64,000 nt of DNA from the human T2T-CHM13v2.0 reference genome, Homo sapiens: the NCBI RefSeq assembly GCF_009914755.1, contig NC_060937.1, one strand, 5' to 3'. Position 1 is the stretch's first letter. Every line of letters begins with the position of its first letter. The translations under genes were made by a program, and so were the position numbers. The notes under the pieces are model-generated. The model worked only from the letters and a program-made list of their open reading frames with translations, did not search any database and was not told the DNA's origin. This document shows positions 15,001 through 29,849 of the stretch, piece by piece.

Positions 15001-18000
15001 AAGCATGTATTATATACTGTACATAAAATATGAATGTACATCAAATATATATTTTATTCTGTACATAAAATAACAAAGTACACCAGATATATATTCTAAA
15101 GTGTACATAAAATATCAAAGTACCCAAACTATACATTATATACTGTACATAAAATATGAAATTACATCAAATATATATTATATTAGGTACATAAAATATG
15201 AAAGTACGTCAAATATAGATTATATACTGTACATTAAATACCAAGGTACCCCAAATATATATTTTATACTGTACATGAAATATCAAAGTTCACAAACTAT
15301 ATATTATATACTGTACATAAAATATCAAAGTACCCAAGGTATATATTCTATACTGTACAAAAAATATCAAAGTACCCAAAGCATGTATTATATACTGTAT
15401 ATAAAATATGAAAGTACATCAAATATATATTTTATTCTGTACATAAAATATCAAAGTACACCAGCTATATATTCTATAGTGTACATAAAATAACAAAGTA
15501 GAAAAACTATAAATTATATACTGTACATAAAATATGAAATTACATCAAATATATATTAGGTACATAAAATATGAAAGTACATCAAGTATAGATTACATAC
15601 TGTACATAAAATATCAATGTACCCCAAATATATATTTTATACTCGACATGAAATATCAAAGTTCACAAACCATATAATATATACTGTACATAAAATATCA
15701 AAGTACCCAAGGTATATATTCTATACTGTACAAAAAATATCAAAGTACCCAAAGCATGTATTATATACTGTACATAAAATATGAAAGTACATCAAATATA
15801 TATTTTATTCTGTACATAAAATATCAAAGTACACCAGATATATATTCTATAGTGTACATAAAATATCAAAGTACCCAAACTATACATTATATACTGTACA
15901 TAAAATATGAAATTACATCAAATATATATTATATTAGGTACATAAAATATGAAAGTACAACAAATATAGATTATATACTGTACATTAAATACCAAAGTAC
16001 CCCAAATATATATTTTATACTGTAGATGAAATATCAAAGTTCACAAACTATATATTATATACTGTACATATAATATCAAAGTACCCAAGGTATATATTCT
16101 ATACTGTACAAAAAATATAAAAGTACCCAAAGCATGTATTATATACAGTACATAAAATATGAAAGTACATCAAATATATATTTTATTCTGTACATAAAAT
16201 ATCAAAGTACACCAGATATATATTCTATAGTGTACATAAAATAACAAACTACACAAACTATAAATTATATACTGTACATAAAATATGAAATGACATCAAA
16301 TATATATTAGGTACATAAAATATGAAAGTACATCAAATATAGATTATATACTGTACATAAAATATCAATGTACCCCAAATATATATTTTATACTCGACAT
16401 GAAATATCAAAGTTCACAAACCATATAATATATACTGTACATAAAATATCAAAGTACCCAAGGTATATATTCTATACTGTACAAAAAATATCAAAGTACC
16501 CAAAGCATGTATTATACACTGTACCTAAAATATGAAAGTACATCAAATATATATTTTATTCTGTACATAAAATATCAAAGTACTCCAGATATATATCCTA
16601 TAGTGTACATAAAATATCAAAGTACACAAACTATAAATTATATACTGTACATAAAATATGAAATTACATCAAATATATATTAGGTACATAAAATATGAAA
16701 GTACATCAAATATAGATTATATACTGTACATAAAATATCAATGTACCCCAAATATATATTTTATACTCTACATGAAATACCAAAGTTCACAAACCATACA
16801 TTATATACTGTACATAAAATATCAAAGTACCCAAGGTATATATTCTATACTGTACAAAAAATATAAAAGTACCCAAAGCATGTATTATATACTGTACATA
16901 AAATATGAAATTACATCAAATATATACTTTATTCTGTACATAAAACATCAAAGTACACCTGATATATATTCTATAGAGTACATAAAATATCAAAGTACCC
17001 AAACTATACATTATATACTGTCCATAAAATATGAAATTACATCAAATATATATTATATTAGGTACATAAAATATGAAAGTACATCAAATATAGATTATAT
17101 ACTGTACATTAAATACCAAAGTACCCCAAATCTATATTTTATACTGTACATGAAATATCAAAGTTCACAAACTATATATTATATACTGTACATTTAATAT
17201 CAAAGTACCCAAGGTATATATTCTATACTGTACAAAAAATATCAAAGTACCCAAAGCATGTATTATATACAGTACATAAAATATGAAAGTACATCAAATA
17301 TATATTTTATTCTGTACATAAAATATCAAAGTACACCAGATATATATTCTATAGTGTACATAAAATATCAAAGTACCCAAACTATACATTATATACTGTA
17401 CATAAAATATGAAATTACATCAAATATATATTATATTAGGTACATGAAATATGAAAGTACATCAACTATAGATTATATACTGTACATTAAATACCAAAGT
17501 ACCCCAAATATATATTTTATACCATACATGAAATATCAAAGTTCACAAACTATATATTATATACTGTACATAAAATATCAAAGTACCCAAGGTATATATT
17601 CTATACTGTACAAAAAATATCAAAGTACCCAAAGCATGTATTATATACTGTACCTAAAATATGAAAGTACATCAAATATATATTTTATTCTGTACATAAA
17701 ATATCAAAGTACACCAGATATATATTCTATAGTGTACATAAAATATCAAAGTACCCAAACTATACATTATATACTGTACATAAAATATGAAATTACATCA
17801 AATATATATTATATTAGGTACATAAAATATGAAAGTACATCAAATATAGATTATACACTGTACATAAAATATCAAAGTACCCCAAATATATATTATATAC
17901 TCTACATGAAATATCAAAGTTCACAAACTATATATTATATACTGTACATAAAATAAAGTCCCCAAGGTATATATTCTATACTGTAGAAAAAATATCAAAG

Positions 18001-21000
18001 TACCCAAAGCATGTATTATATACTGTATATAAAATATGAAAGTACATCAAATATATATTTTATTCTGTACATAATATATCAAAGTACACCAGATATATAT
18101 TCTATAGTGTACATAAAATAACAAAGTACAAAAACTATAAATTATGTACTGTACATAAAATATGAAATTACATCAAATATATATTAGGTACATAAAATAT
18201 GAAAGTACATCAAATATAGATTATATACTGTACATAAAATTTCAATGTACCCCAAATATATATTTTATACTCTACATGAAATATCAAAGTTCACAAACCA
18301 TATATTATATACTGTACATAAAATATCAAAGTACCCAAGGTATATATTCTATACTATACAAAAAATATCAAAGTACCCAAAGCATGTATTATATACTGTA
18401 CATAAAATATGAAAGTACATCAAATATATATTTTATTCTGTACATAATATATCAAAGTACACCAGATATATATTCTATAGTGTACATAAAATAACAAAGT
18501 ACACAAACTATACATTATATACTGTACATAAAATATGAAATTACATCAAATATATATTAGGTACATAAAATATGAAAGTACATCAAATATAGATTATATA
18601 CTGTACATAAAATATCAATGTACCCCAAATATATATTTTATACTATACATGAAATATCAAAGTTCACAAACCATATATTGTATACTGTACATAAAATATC
18701 AAAGTACCCAAGGTATATGTTCTATACTGTACAAAAAATATCAAAGTACCCAAAGCATGTATTATATACTGTACATAAAATATGAAAGTACATCAAATAT
18801 ATATTTTATTCCGTTCATAAAATATCAAAGTACACCAGATATATATTCTATAGTGTACATAAAATATCAAAGTACACAAACTATACATTATATACTGTAC
18901 ATAAAATATGAAATTACATCAAATATATATTATATAAGGTACACAAAATATGAAAGTACATCAAATATAGATTATATACTGTACATTAAATACCAAAGAA
19001 CCCCAAATATATATTATATACTCTACATGAAATATCAAAGTTCACAAACTATATATTATATACTGTACATAAAATATCAAAGTACCCAAGGTATATATTC
19101 TATACTGTAAAAAAAATATCAAAGTACCCAAAGCATGTATTATATACTGTATATAAAATATGAAAGTACATCAAATATATATTTTATTCTGTACATAAAA
19201 TATCAAAGTACACCAGATATATATTCTATAGTGTACATAAAATATCAAAGTACCCAAACTATACATTATATACTGTACATAAAATATGAAATTACATCAA
19301 ATATATATTATATTAGGTACATAAAATATGAAAGTACATCAAATATAGATTATATACTGTACATTAAATACCAAAGTACCCCAAATATATATTTTATACT
19401 GTACATGAAATATCAAAGTTCACAAACTATATATTATATACTGTACATATAATATCAAAGTACCCAAGGTATATATTCTATACTGTACAAAAAATATCAA
19501 AGTACCCAAAGCATGTATTATATACAGTACATAAAATATGAAAGTACATCAAATATATATTTTATTCTGTACATAAAATATCAAAGTACACCAGATATAT
19601 ATTCTATAGTGTACATAAAATATCAAAGTACCCAAACTATACATTATATACTGTACATAAAATATGAAATTACATCAAATATATATTAGGTACATAAAAT
19701 AAGAAAGTACATCAAATATAGATTATATACTGTTCATAAAATATCAATGTACCCCAAATATATATTTTATACTCTACATGAAATACCAAAGTTCACAAAC
19801 CATATATTATATACTGTACATAAAATATCAAAGTACCCAAGGTATATATTCTATACTGTACAAAAAATATCAAAGTACCCAAAGCATGTATTATATACTG
19901 TACATAAAATATGAAAGTACATCAAATATATATTTTATTCTGTACAAAAAATATCAAAGTATACCAGATATATATTCTATAGTGTACATAAAATATCAAA
20001 GTACCCAAACTATACATTATATACTGTACATAAAATATGAAATTACATCAAATATATATTATATTAGGTACATAAAATATGAAAGTACATCAAATATAGA
20101 TTATATACTGTACATAAAATATCAAAGTACCCCAAATATATATTATATACTCTACATGAAATATCAAAGTTCACAAACTATATATTATATACTGTACATA
20201 AAATATCAAAGTACCCAAGGTATATATTCTATAATGTAAAAAAATATCAAAGTACCCAAAGCATGTATTATATACTGTATATAAAATATGAAATTACATC
20301 AAATATATATTTTATTCTGTACATAAAATATCAAAGTACACTAGATATATATTCTATAGTGTACATAAAATATCAAAATACCCAAACTATACATTATATA
20401 CTGTACATAAAATATGAAATTACATCAAATATATATTATATTAGGTACATAAAATATGAAAGTACATCAAATATAGATTATATACTGTACATTAAATACC
20501 AAAGTACCCCAAATATATATTTTATACTGTACACGAAATATCAAAGTTCACAAACTTTATATTATATACTGTACATAAAATATCAAAGTACCCAAGGTAT
20601 ATATTCTATACTGTACAAAAAATATCAAAGTACCCAAAGCATGTATTATATACTGTACCTAAAATATGAAAGTACATCAATATATATTTTATTCTGTACA
20701 TAAAATATCAAAGTACACCAGATATATATTCTATAGTGTACATAAAATATCAAAGTACCCAAACTATACATTATATACTGTACATAAAATATGAAATTAC
20801 ATCAAATATATTTTATATTAGGTACATAAAATATGAAAGTACATCAAATATAGATTATAAACTGTACATAAAATATCAAAGTACCCCAAATATATATTAT
20901 ATACTCTACATGAAATATCAAAGTTCACAAACTATATATTATATACTGTACATAAAATAAAGTCCCCAAGGTATATATTCTATACTGTAGAAAAAATATC

Positions 21001-23050
21001 AAAGTACCCAAAGCATGTATTATATACTGTATATAAAATATGAAAGTACATCAAATATATATTTTATTCTGTACATAAAATATCAAAGTACACCAGATAT
21101 ATATTCTATAGTGTACATAAAATATCAAAGTACCCAAACTATACATTATATACTGTACATAAAATATGAAATTACATCAAATATATATTATATTAGGTAC
21201 ATAAAATATGAAAGTACATCAAATATAGATTATACACTGTACATAAAATATCAAAGTACCCCAAATATATATTATATACTCTACATGAAATATCAAAGTT
21301 CACAAACTATATATTCTATACTGTACATAAAATAAAGTCCCCAAGGTATATATTCTATACTGTAGAAAAAATATCAAAGTACCCAAAGCATGTATTATAT
21401 ACTGTATATAAAATATGAAAGTACATCAAATATATATTTTATTCCGTACATAATATATCAAAGTACACCAGAAATATATTCTATAGTGTACATAAAATAA
21501 CAAAGTACAAAAACTATAAATTATATACTGTACATAAAATATGAAATTACATCAAATATATATTAGGTACATAAAATATGAAAGTACATCAAATATAGAT
21601 TATATACTGTACATAAAATTTCAATGTACCCCAAATATATATTTTATACTCTACATGAAATATCAAAGTTCACAAACCATATATTATATACTGTACATAA
21701 AATATCCAAGTACCCAAGGTATATATTCTATACTATACAAAAAATATCAAAGTACCCAAAGCATGTATTATATACTGTACCTAAAATATGAAAGTACATC
21801 AAATATATATTTTATTCTGTACATAAAATATCAAAGTACACCAGATATATATTCTATAGTGTACATAAAATATCAAAGTACCCAAACTATACATTATATA
21901 CTGTAAATAAAATATGAAATTACATCAAATATATTTTATATTAGGTACATAAAATATGAAAGTACATCAAATATAGATTATATACTGTACATTAAATACC
22001 AAAGTACCCCAAATATATATTTTATACTGTACATGAAATATCAAAGTTCACAAACTATATATTATATACTGTACATAAATTATCAAAGTACCCAAGGTAT
22101 ATATTCTATACTGTACAAAAAATATCAAAGTACCCAAAGCATGTATTATATACTGTACATAAAATATGAAAGTACATCAAATATATATTTTATTCTGTAC
22201 ATAATATATCAAAGTACACCAGATATATATTCTATAGTGTACATAAAATAACAAAGTACAGAAACTATACATTATATACTGTACATAAAATATGAAATTA
22301 CATCAAATATATATTAGGTACATAAAATATGAAAGTACATCAAATATAGATTATATACTGTACATAAAATATCAATGTACCCCAAATATATATTTTATAC
22401 TATACATGAAATATCAAAGTTCACAAACCATATATTGTATACTGTACATAAAATATCAAAGTACCCAAGGTATATGTTCTATACTGTACAAAAAATATCA
22501 AAGTACCCAAAGCATGTATTATATACTGTACATAAAATATGAAAGTACATCAAATATATATTTTATTCCGTTCATAAAATATCAAAGTACACCAGATATA
22601 TATTCTATAGTGTACATAAAATATCAAAGTACACAAACTATACATTATATACTGTACATAAAATATGAAATTACATCAAATATATATTATATAAGGTACA
22701 CAAAATATGAAAGTACATCAAATATAGATTATATACTGTACATTAAATACCAAAGAACCCCAAATATATATTATATACTCTACATGAAATATTAAAGTTC
22801 ACAAACTATATATTATATACTGTACATAAAATATCAAAGTACCCAAGGTATATATTCTATACTGTACAAAAAATATCAAAGTACCCAAAGCATGTATTAT
22901 ATACTGTATATAAAATATGAAAGTACATCAAATATATATTTTATTCTGTACATAAAATATCAAAGTACACCAGATATATATTCTATAGTGTACATAAAAT
23001 ATCAAAGTACCCAAACTATACATTATATACTGTACATAAAATATGAAATT
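1..23050 (+). repeat. Left heterogeneous HSat1A domain: mosaic of 378/373-bp units with dispersed block duplications
   Basis: Many private substitutions. The 5-bp-deleted monomer recurs at ~970 and ~1720 (751-bp spacing). Shared blocks occur at offsets 2586, 4838, 3373, 1134, 3757 and 17199. Confidence 0.75.
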
Positions 23051-26000
23051 ACATGAAATATATATTATATTAGGTACATAAAATATGAAAGTACATCAAA
23101 TATAGATTATATACTCTACATTAAATACGAAAGTACCCCAAATATATATTATATACTCTAAAAGAAATATCAAAGTTCACAAACTATATATTATATACTG
23201 TACATAAAATATCAAAGTACCCAAGGTATATATTCTATACTGTACAAAAATATCAAAGTACCCAAAGCGTGTATTATGTACTGTATATAAAATATGAAAG
23301 TACATCAAATATATATTTTATTCTGTACATAAAATATCAAAGTACACCAGATATATATTCTATAGTGTACATAAAATAACAAAGTACACAAACTATACAT
23401 TATATACTGTACATAAAATATGAAATTACATCAAATATATATTATATTAGGTACATAAAATATGAAAGCACATCAAATATAGATTATATACTGTACATAA
23501 AATATCAAAGTACCCCAAATATATATTATATACTCTACATGAAATATCAAAGTTCACAAACTATATATTATATACTGTACATAAAATAAAGTCCCCAAGG
23601 TATATATTCTATACTGTAGAGAAAATATCAAAGTACCCAAAGCATGTATTATATACTGTATATAAAATATGAAAGTACATCAAATATATATTTTATTCTG
23701 TACATAATATATCAAAGTACACCAGATATATATTCTATAGTGTACATAAAATAACAAAGTACAAAAACTATAAATTATATACTGTACATAAAATATGAAA
23801 TTACATCAAATATATATTAGGTACATAAAATATGAAAGTACATCAAATATAGATTATATACTGTACATAAAATTTCAATGTACCCCAAATATATATTTTA
23901 TACTCGACATGAAATATCAAAGTTCACAAACCATATAATATATACTGTACATAAAATATCAAAGTACCCAAGGTATATATTCTATACTGTACAAAAAATA
24001 TCAAAGTACCCAAAGCATGTATTATATACTGTACATAAAATATGAAAGTACATCAAATATATATTTTATTCTGTACATAAAATATCAAAGTACACCAGAT
24101 ATATATTCTATAGTGTACATAAAATATCAAAGTACCCAAACTATACATTATATACTGTACATAAAATATGAAATTACATCAAATATATATTATATTAGGT
24201 ACATAAAATATGAAAGTACATCAAATATAGATTATATAGTGTACATTAAATATCAAAGTACCCCAAATATATATTATATACTCTACATGAAATATCAAAG
24301 TTCACAAACTATATATTATATACTGTACATAAAATATCAAGGTACCCAAGGTATATATTCTATACTGTACAAAAAATATCAAAGTACCCAAAGCATGTAT
24401 TATATACTGTACATAAAATATGAAAGTACATCAAATATATATTTTATTCTGTACATAAAATATCAAAGTACACCAGATATATATTCTATAGTGTACATAA
24501 AATATCAAAGTACCCAAACTATACATTATATACTGTACATAAAATATGAAATTACATCAAATTTATATTATATTAGGTACATAAAATATGAAAGTACATC
24601 AAATATAGATTATATACTGTATAATAAAAATACCTAAGTACCCCAAATATATATTTTATACTGTACATGAAATATCAAAGTTCACAAACTATATATTATA
24701 TACTGTACATAAAATATCAAAGTACCCAACGTATATATTCTATACTGTACAAAAAATTTCGAAGTACCCAAAACATGTATTATATACTGTACATAAAATA
24801 TGAAAGTACAACAAATATATATTTTATTCCGTACATAAAATATCAAAGTACACCAGATATATATTCTATAGCGTACATAAAATATCAAAGTGCACAAACT
24901 ATACATTATATACTGTACATAAAATATGAAATTACATGAAATATATATTATATTAGGTACATAAAATATGAAAGTACATCAAATATAGATTATATACTCT
25001 ACATTAAATACGAAAGTACCCCAAATATATATTATATACTCTAAAAGAAATATCAAAGTTCACAAACTATATATTATATACTGTACATAAAATATCAAAG
25101 TACCCAAGGTATATATTCTATACTGTACAAAAATATCAAAGTACCCAAAGCGTGTATTATGTACTGTATATAAAATATGAAAGTACATCAAATATATATT
25201 TTATTCTGTACATAAAATATCAAAGTACACCAGATATATATTCTATAGTGTACATAAAATAACAAAGTACACAAACTATACATTATATACTGTACATAAA
25301 ATATGAAATTACATCAAATATATATTAGGTACATAAAATATGAAAGTACATCAAATATAGATTATATACTCTACATAAAATATCAATGTACCCCAAATAT
25401 ATATTTTATACTCTACATGAAATATCAAAGTTCACAAACCATATATTATATACTGTCCATAAAATATCAAAGTACCCAAGGTATATATTCTATACTATAC
25501 AAAAAATATCAAGGTACCCAAAGCATGTATTATATACTGTACCTAAAATATGAAAGTACATCAAATATATATTTTATTCTGTACATAAAATAACAAAGTA
25601 CACCAGATATATATTCTATAGTGTACATAAAATAACAAAGTACAAATACTATAAATTATATACTGTACATAAAATATGAAATTACATCAAATATATATTA
25701 GGTACATAAAATATGAAAGTACATCAAATATAGATTATATACTGTACATATAATATCAAAGTACCCCAAATATATATTTTTACTCTACATGGAATATCAA
25801 AGTTCACAAACCATATATTATATACTGTACATAAAATATCAAGGTACCCAAGGTATATATTCTATACTGTACAAAAAATATCAAAGTACCCAAAGCATGT
25901 ATTATATACTGTACATAAAATATGAAAGTACATCAAATATATATTTTATTCTGTACATAAAATATCAAAGTACACCAGATATATATTCTATAGTGTACAT

Positions 26001-29000
26001 AAAATATCAAAGTACCCAAACTATACATTATATACTGTACATAAAATATGAAATTACATCAAATTTATATTATATTAGGTACATAAAATATGAAAGTACA
26101 TCAAATATAGATTATATACTGTATAATAAAAATACCAAAGTACCCCAAATATATATTTTATACTGTACATGAAATATCAAAGTTCACAAACTATATATTA
26201 TATACTGTACATAAAATATCAAAGTACCCAACGTATATATTCTATACTGTACAAAAAATTTCGAAGTACCCAAAACATGTATTATATACTGTACATAAAA
26301 TATGAAAGTACAACAAATATATATTTTATTCCGTACATAAAATATCAAAGTACACCAGATATATATTCTATAGCGTACATAAAATATCAAAGTGCACAAA
26401 CTATACATTATATACTGTACATAAAATATGAAATTACATGAAATATATATTATATTAGGTACATAAAATATGAAAGTACATCAAATATAGATTATATACT
26501 CTACATTAAATACGAAAGTACCCCAAATATATATTATATACTCTAAAAGAAATATCAAAGTTCACAAACTATATATTATATACTGTACATAAAATATCAA
26601 AGTACCCAAGGTATATATTCTATACTGTACAAAAATATCAAAGTACCCAAAGCGTATATTATGTACTGTATATAAAATATGAAAGTACATCAAATATATA
26701 TTTTATTCTGTACATAAAATATCAAAGTACACCAGATATATATTCTATAGTGTACATAAAATAACAAAGTACACAAACTATACATTATATACTGTACATA
26801 AAATATGAAATTACATCAAATATATATTAGGTACATAAAATATGAAAGTACATCAAATATAGATTATATACTCTACATAAAATATCAATGTACCCCAAAT
26901 ATATATTTTATACTCTACATGAAATATCAAAGTTCACAAACCATATATTATATACTGTCCATAAAATATCAAAGTACCCAAGGTATATATTCTATACTAT
27001 ACAAAAAATATCAAGGTACCCAAAGCATGTATTATATACTGTACCTAAAATATGAAAGTACATCAAATATATATTTTATTCTGTACATAAAATAACAAAG
27101 TACACCAGATATATATTCTATAGTGTACATAAAATAACAAAGTACAAATACTATAAATTATATACTGTACATAAAATATGAAATTACATCAAATATATAT
27201 TAGGTACATAAAATATGAAAGTACATCAAATATAGATTATATACTGTACATATAATATCAAAGTACCCCAAATATATATTTTTACTCTACATGGAATATC
27301 AAAGTTCACAAACCATATATTATATACTGTACATAAAATATCAAGGTACCCAAGGTATGTATTCTATACTGTACAAAAAATATCAAAGTACCCAAAGCAT
27401 GTATTATATACTGTACATAAAATATGAAAGTACATCAAATATATATTTTATTCTGTACATAAAATATCAAAGTACACCAGATATATATTCTATAGTGTAC
27501 ATAAAATATCAAAGTACCCAAACTATACATTATATACTGTACATAAAATATGAAATTACATCAAATTTATATTATATTAGGTACATAAAATATGAAAGTA
27601 CATCAAATATAGATTATATACTGTATAATAAAAATACCAAAGTACCCCAAATATATATTTTATACTGTACATGAAATATCAAAGTTCACAAACTATATAT
27701 TATATACTGTACATAAAATGTCAAAGTACCCAACGTATATATTCTATACTGTACAAAAAATTTCGAAGTACCCAAAACATGTATTATATACTGTACATAA
27801 AATATGAAAGTACAACAAATATATATTTTATTCCGTACATAAAATATCAAAGTACACCAGATATATATTCTATAGCGTACATAAAATATCAAAGTGCACA
27901 AACTATACATTATATACTGTACATAAAATATGAAATTACATGAAATATATATTATATTAGGTACATAAAATATGAAAGTACATCAAATATAGATTATATA
28001 CTCTACATTAAATACGAAAGTACCCCAAATATATATTATATACTCTAAAAGAAATATCAAAGTTCACAAACTATATATTATATACTGTACATAAAATATC
28101 AAATTACCCAAGGTATATATTCTATACTGTACAAAAATATCAAAGTACCCAAAGCGTGTATTATGTACTGTATATAAAATATGAAAGTACATCAAATATA
28201 TATTTTATTCTGTACATAAAATATCAAAGTACACCAGATATATATTCTATAGTGTACATAAAATAACAAAGTACACAAACTATACATTATATACTGTACA
28301 TAAAATATGAAATTACATCAAATATATATTATATTAGGTACATAAAATATGAAAGCACATCAAATATAGATTATATACTGTACATAAAATATCAAAGTAC
28401 CCCAAATATATATTATATACTCTACATGAAATATCAAAGTTCACAAACTATATATTATATACTGTACATAAAATAAAGTCCCCAAGGTATATATTCTATA
28501 CTGTAGAGAAAATATCAAAGTACCCAAAGCATGTATTATATACTGTATATAAAATATGAAAGTACATCAAATATATATTTTATTCTGTACATAATATATC
28601 AAAGTACACCAGATATATATTCTATAGTGTACATAAAATAACAAAGTACAAAATCTATAAATTATATACTGTACATAAAATATGAAATTACATCAAATAT
28701 ATATTAGGTACATAAAATATGAAAGTACATCAAATATAGATTATATACTGTACATAAAATTTCAATGTACCCCAAATATATATTTTATACTCGACATGAA
28801 ATATCAAAGTTCACAAACCATATAATATATACTGTACATAAAATATCAAAGTACCCAAGGTATATATTCTATACTGTACAAAAAATATCAAAGTACCCAA
28901 AGCATGTATTATATACTGTACATAAAATATGAAAGTACATCAAATATATATTTTATTCTGTACATAAAATATCAAAGTACACCAGATATATATTCTATAG

Positions 29001-29849
29001 TGTACATAAAATATCAAAGTACCCAAACTATACATTATATACTGTACATAAAATATGAAATTACATCAAATATATATTATATTAGGTACATAAAATATGA
29101 AAGTACATCAAATATAGATTATATACTGTATAATAAAAATACCAAAGTACCCCAAATATATATTTTATACTGTACATGAAATATCAAAGTTCACAAACTA
29201 TATATTATATACTGTACATAAAATATCAAAGTACCCAACGTATATATTCTATACTGTACAAAAAATTTCGAAGTACCCAAAACATGTATTATATACTGTA
29301 CATAAAATATGAAAGTACAACAAATATATATTTTATTCCGTACATAAAATATCAAAGTACACCAGATATATATTCTATAGCGTACATAAAATATCAAAGT
29401 GCACAAACTATACATTATATACTGTACATAAAATATGAAATTACATGAAATATATATTATATTAGGTACATAAAATATGAAAGTACATCAAATATAGATT
29501 ATATACTCTACATTAAATACGAAAGTACCCCAAATATATATTATATACTCTAAAAGAAATATCAAAGTTCACAAACTATATATTATATACTGTACATAAA
29601 ATATCAAAGTACCCAAGGTATATATTCTATACTGTACAAAAATATCAAAGTACCCAAAGCGTGTATTATGTACTGTATATAAAATATGAAAGTACATCAA
29701 ATATATATTTTATTCTGTACATAAAATATCAAAGTACACCAGATATATATTCTATAGTGTACATAAAATAACAAAGTACACAAACTATACATTATATACT
29801 GTACATAAAATATGAAATTACATCAAATTTATATTATATTAGGTACATA

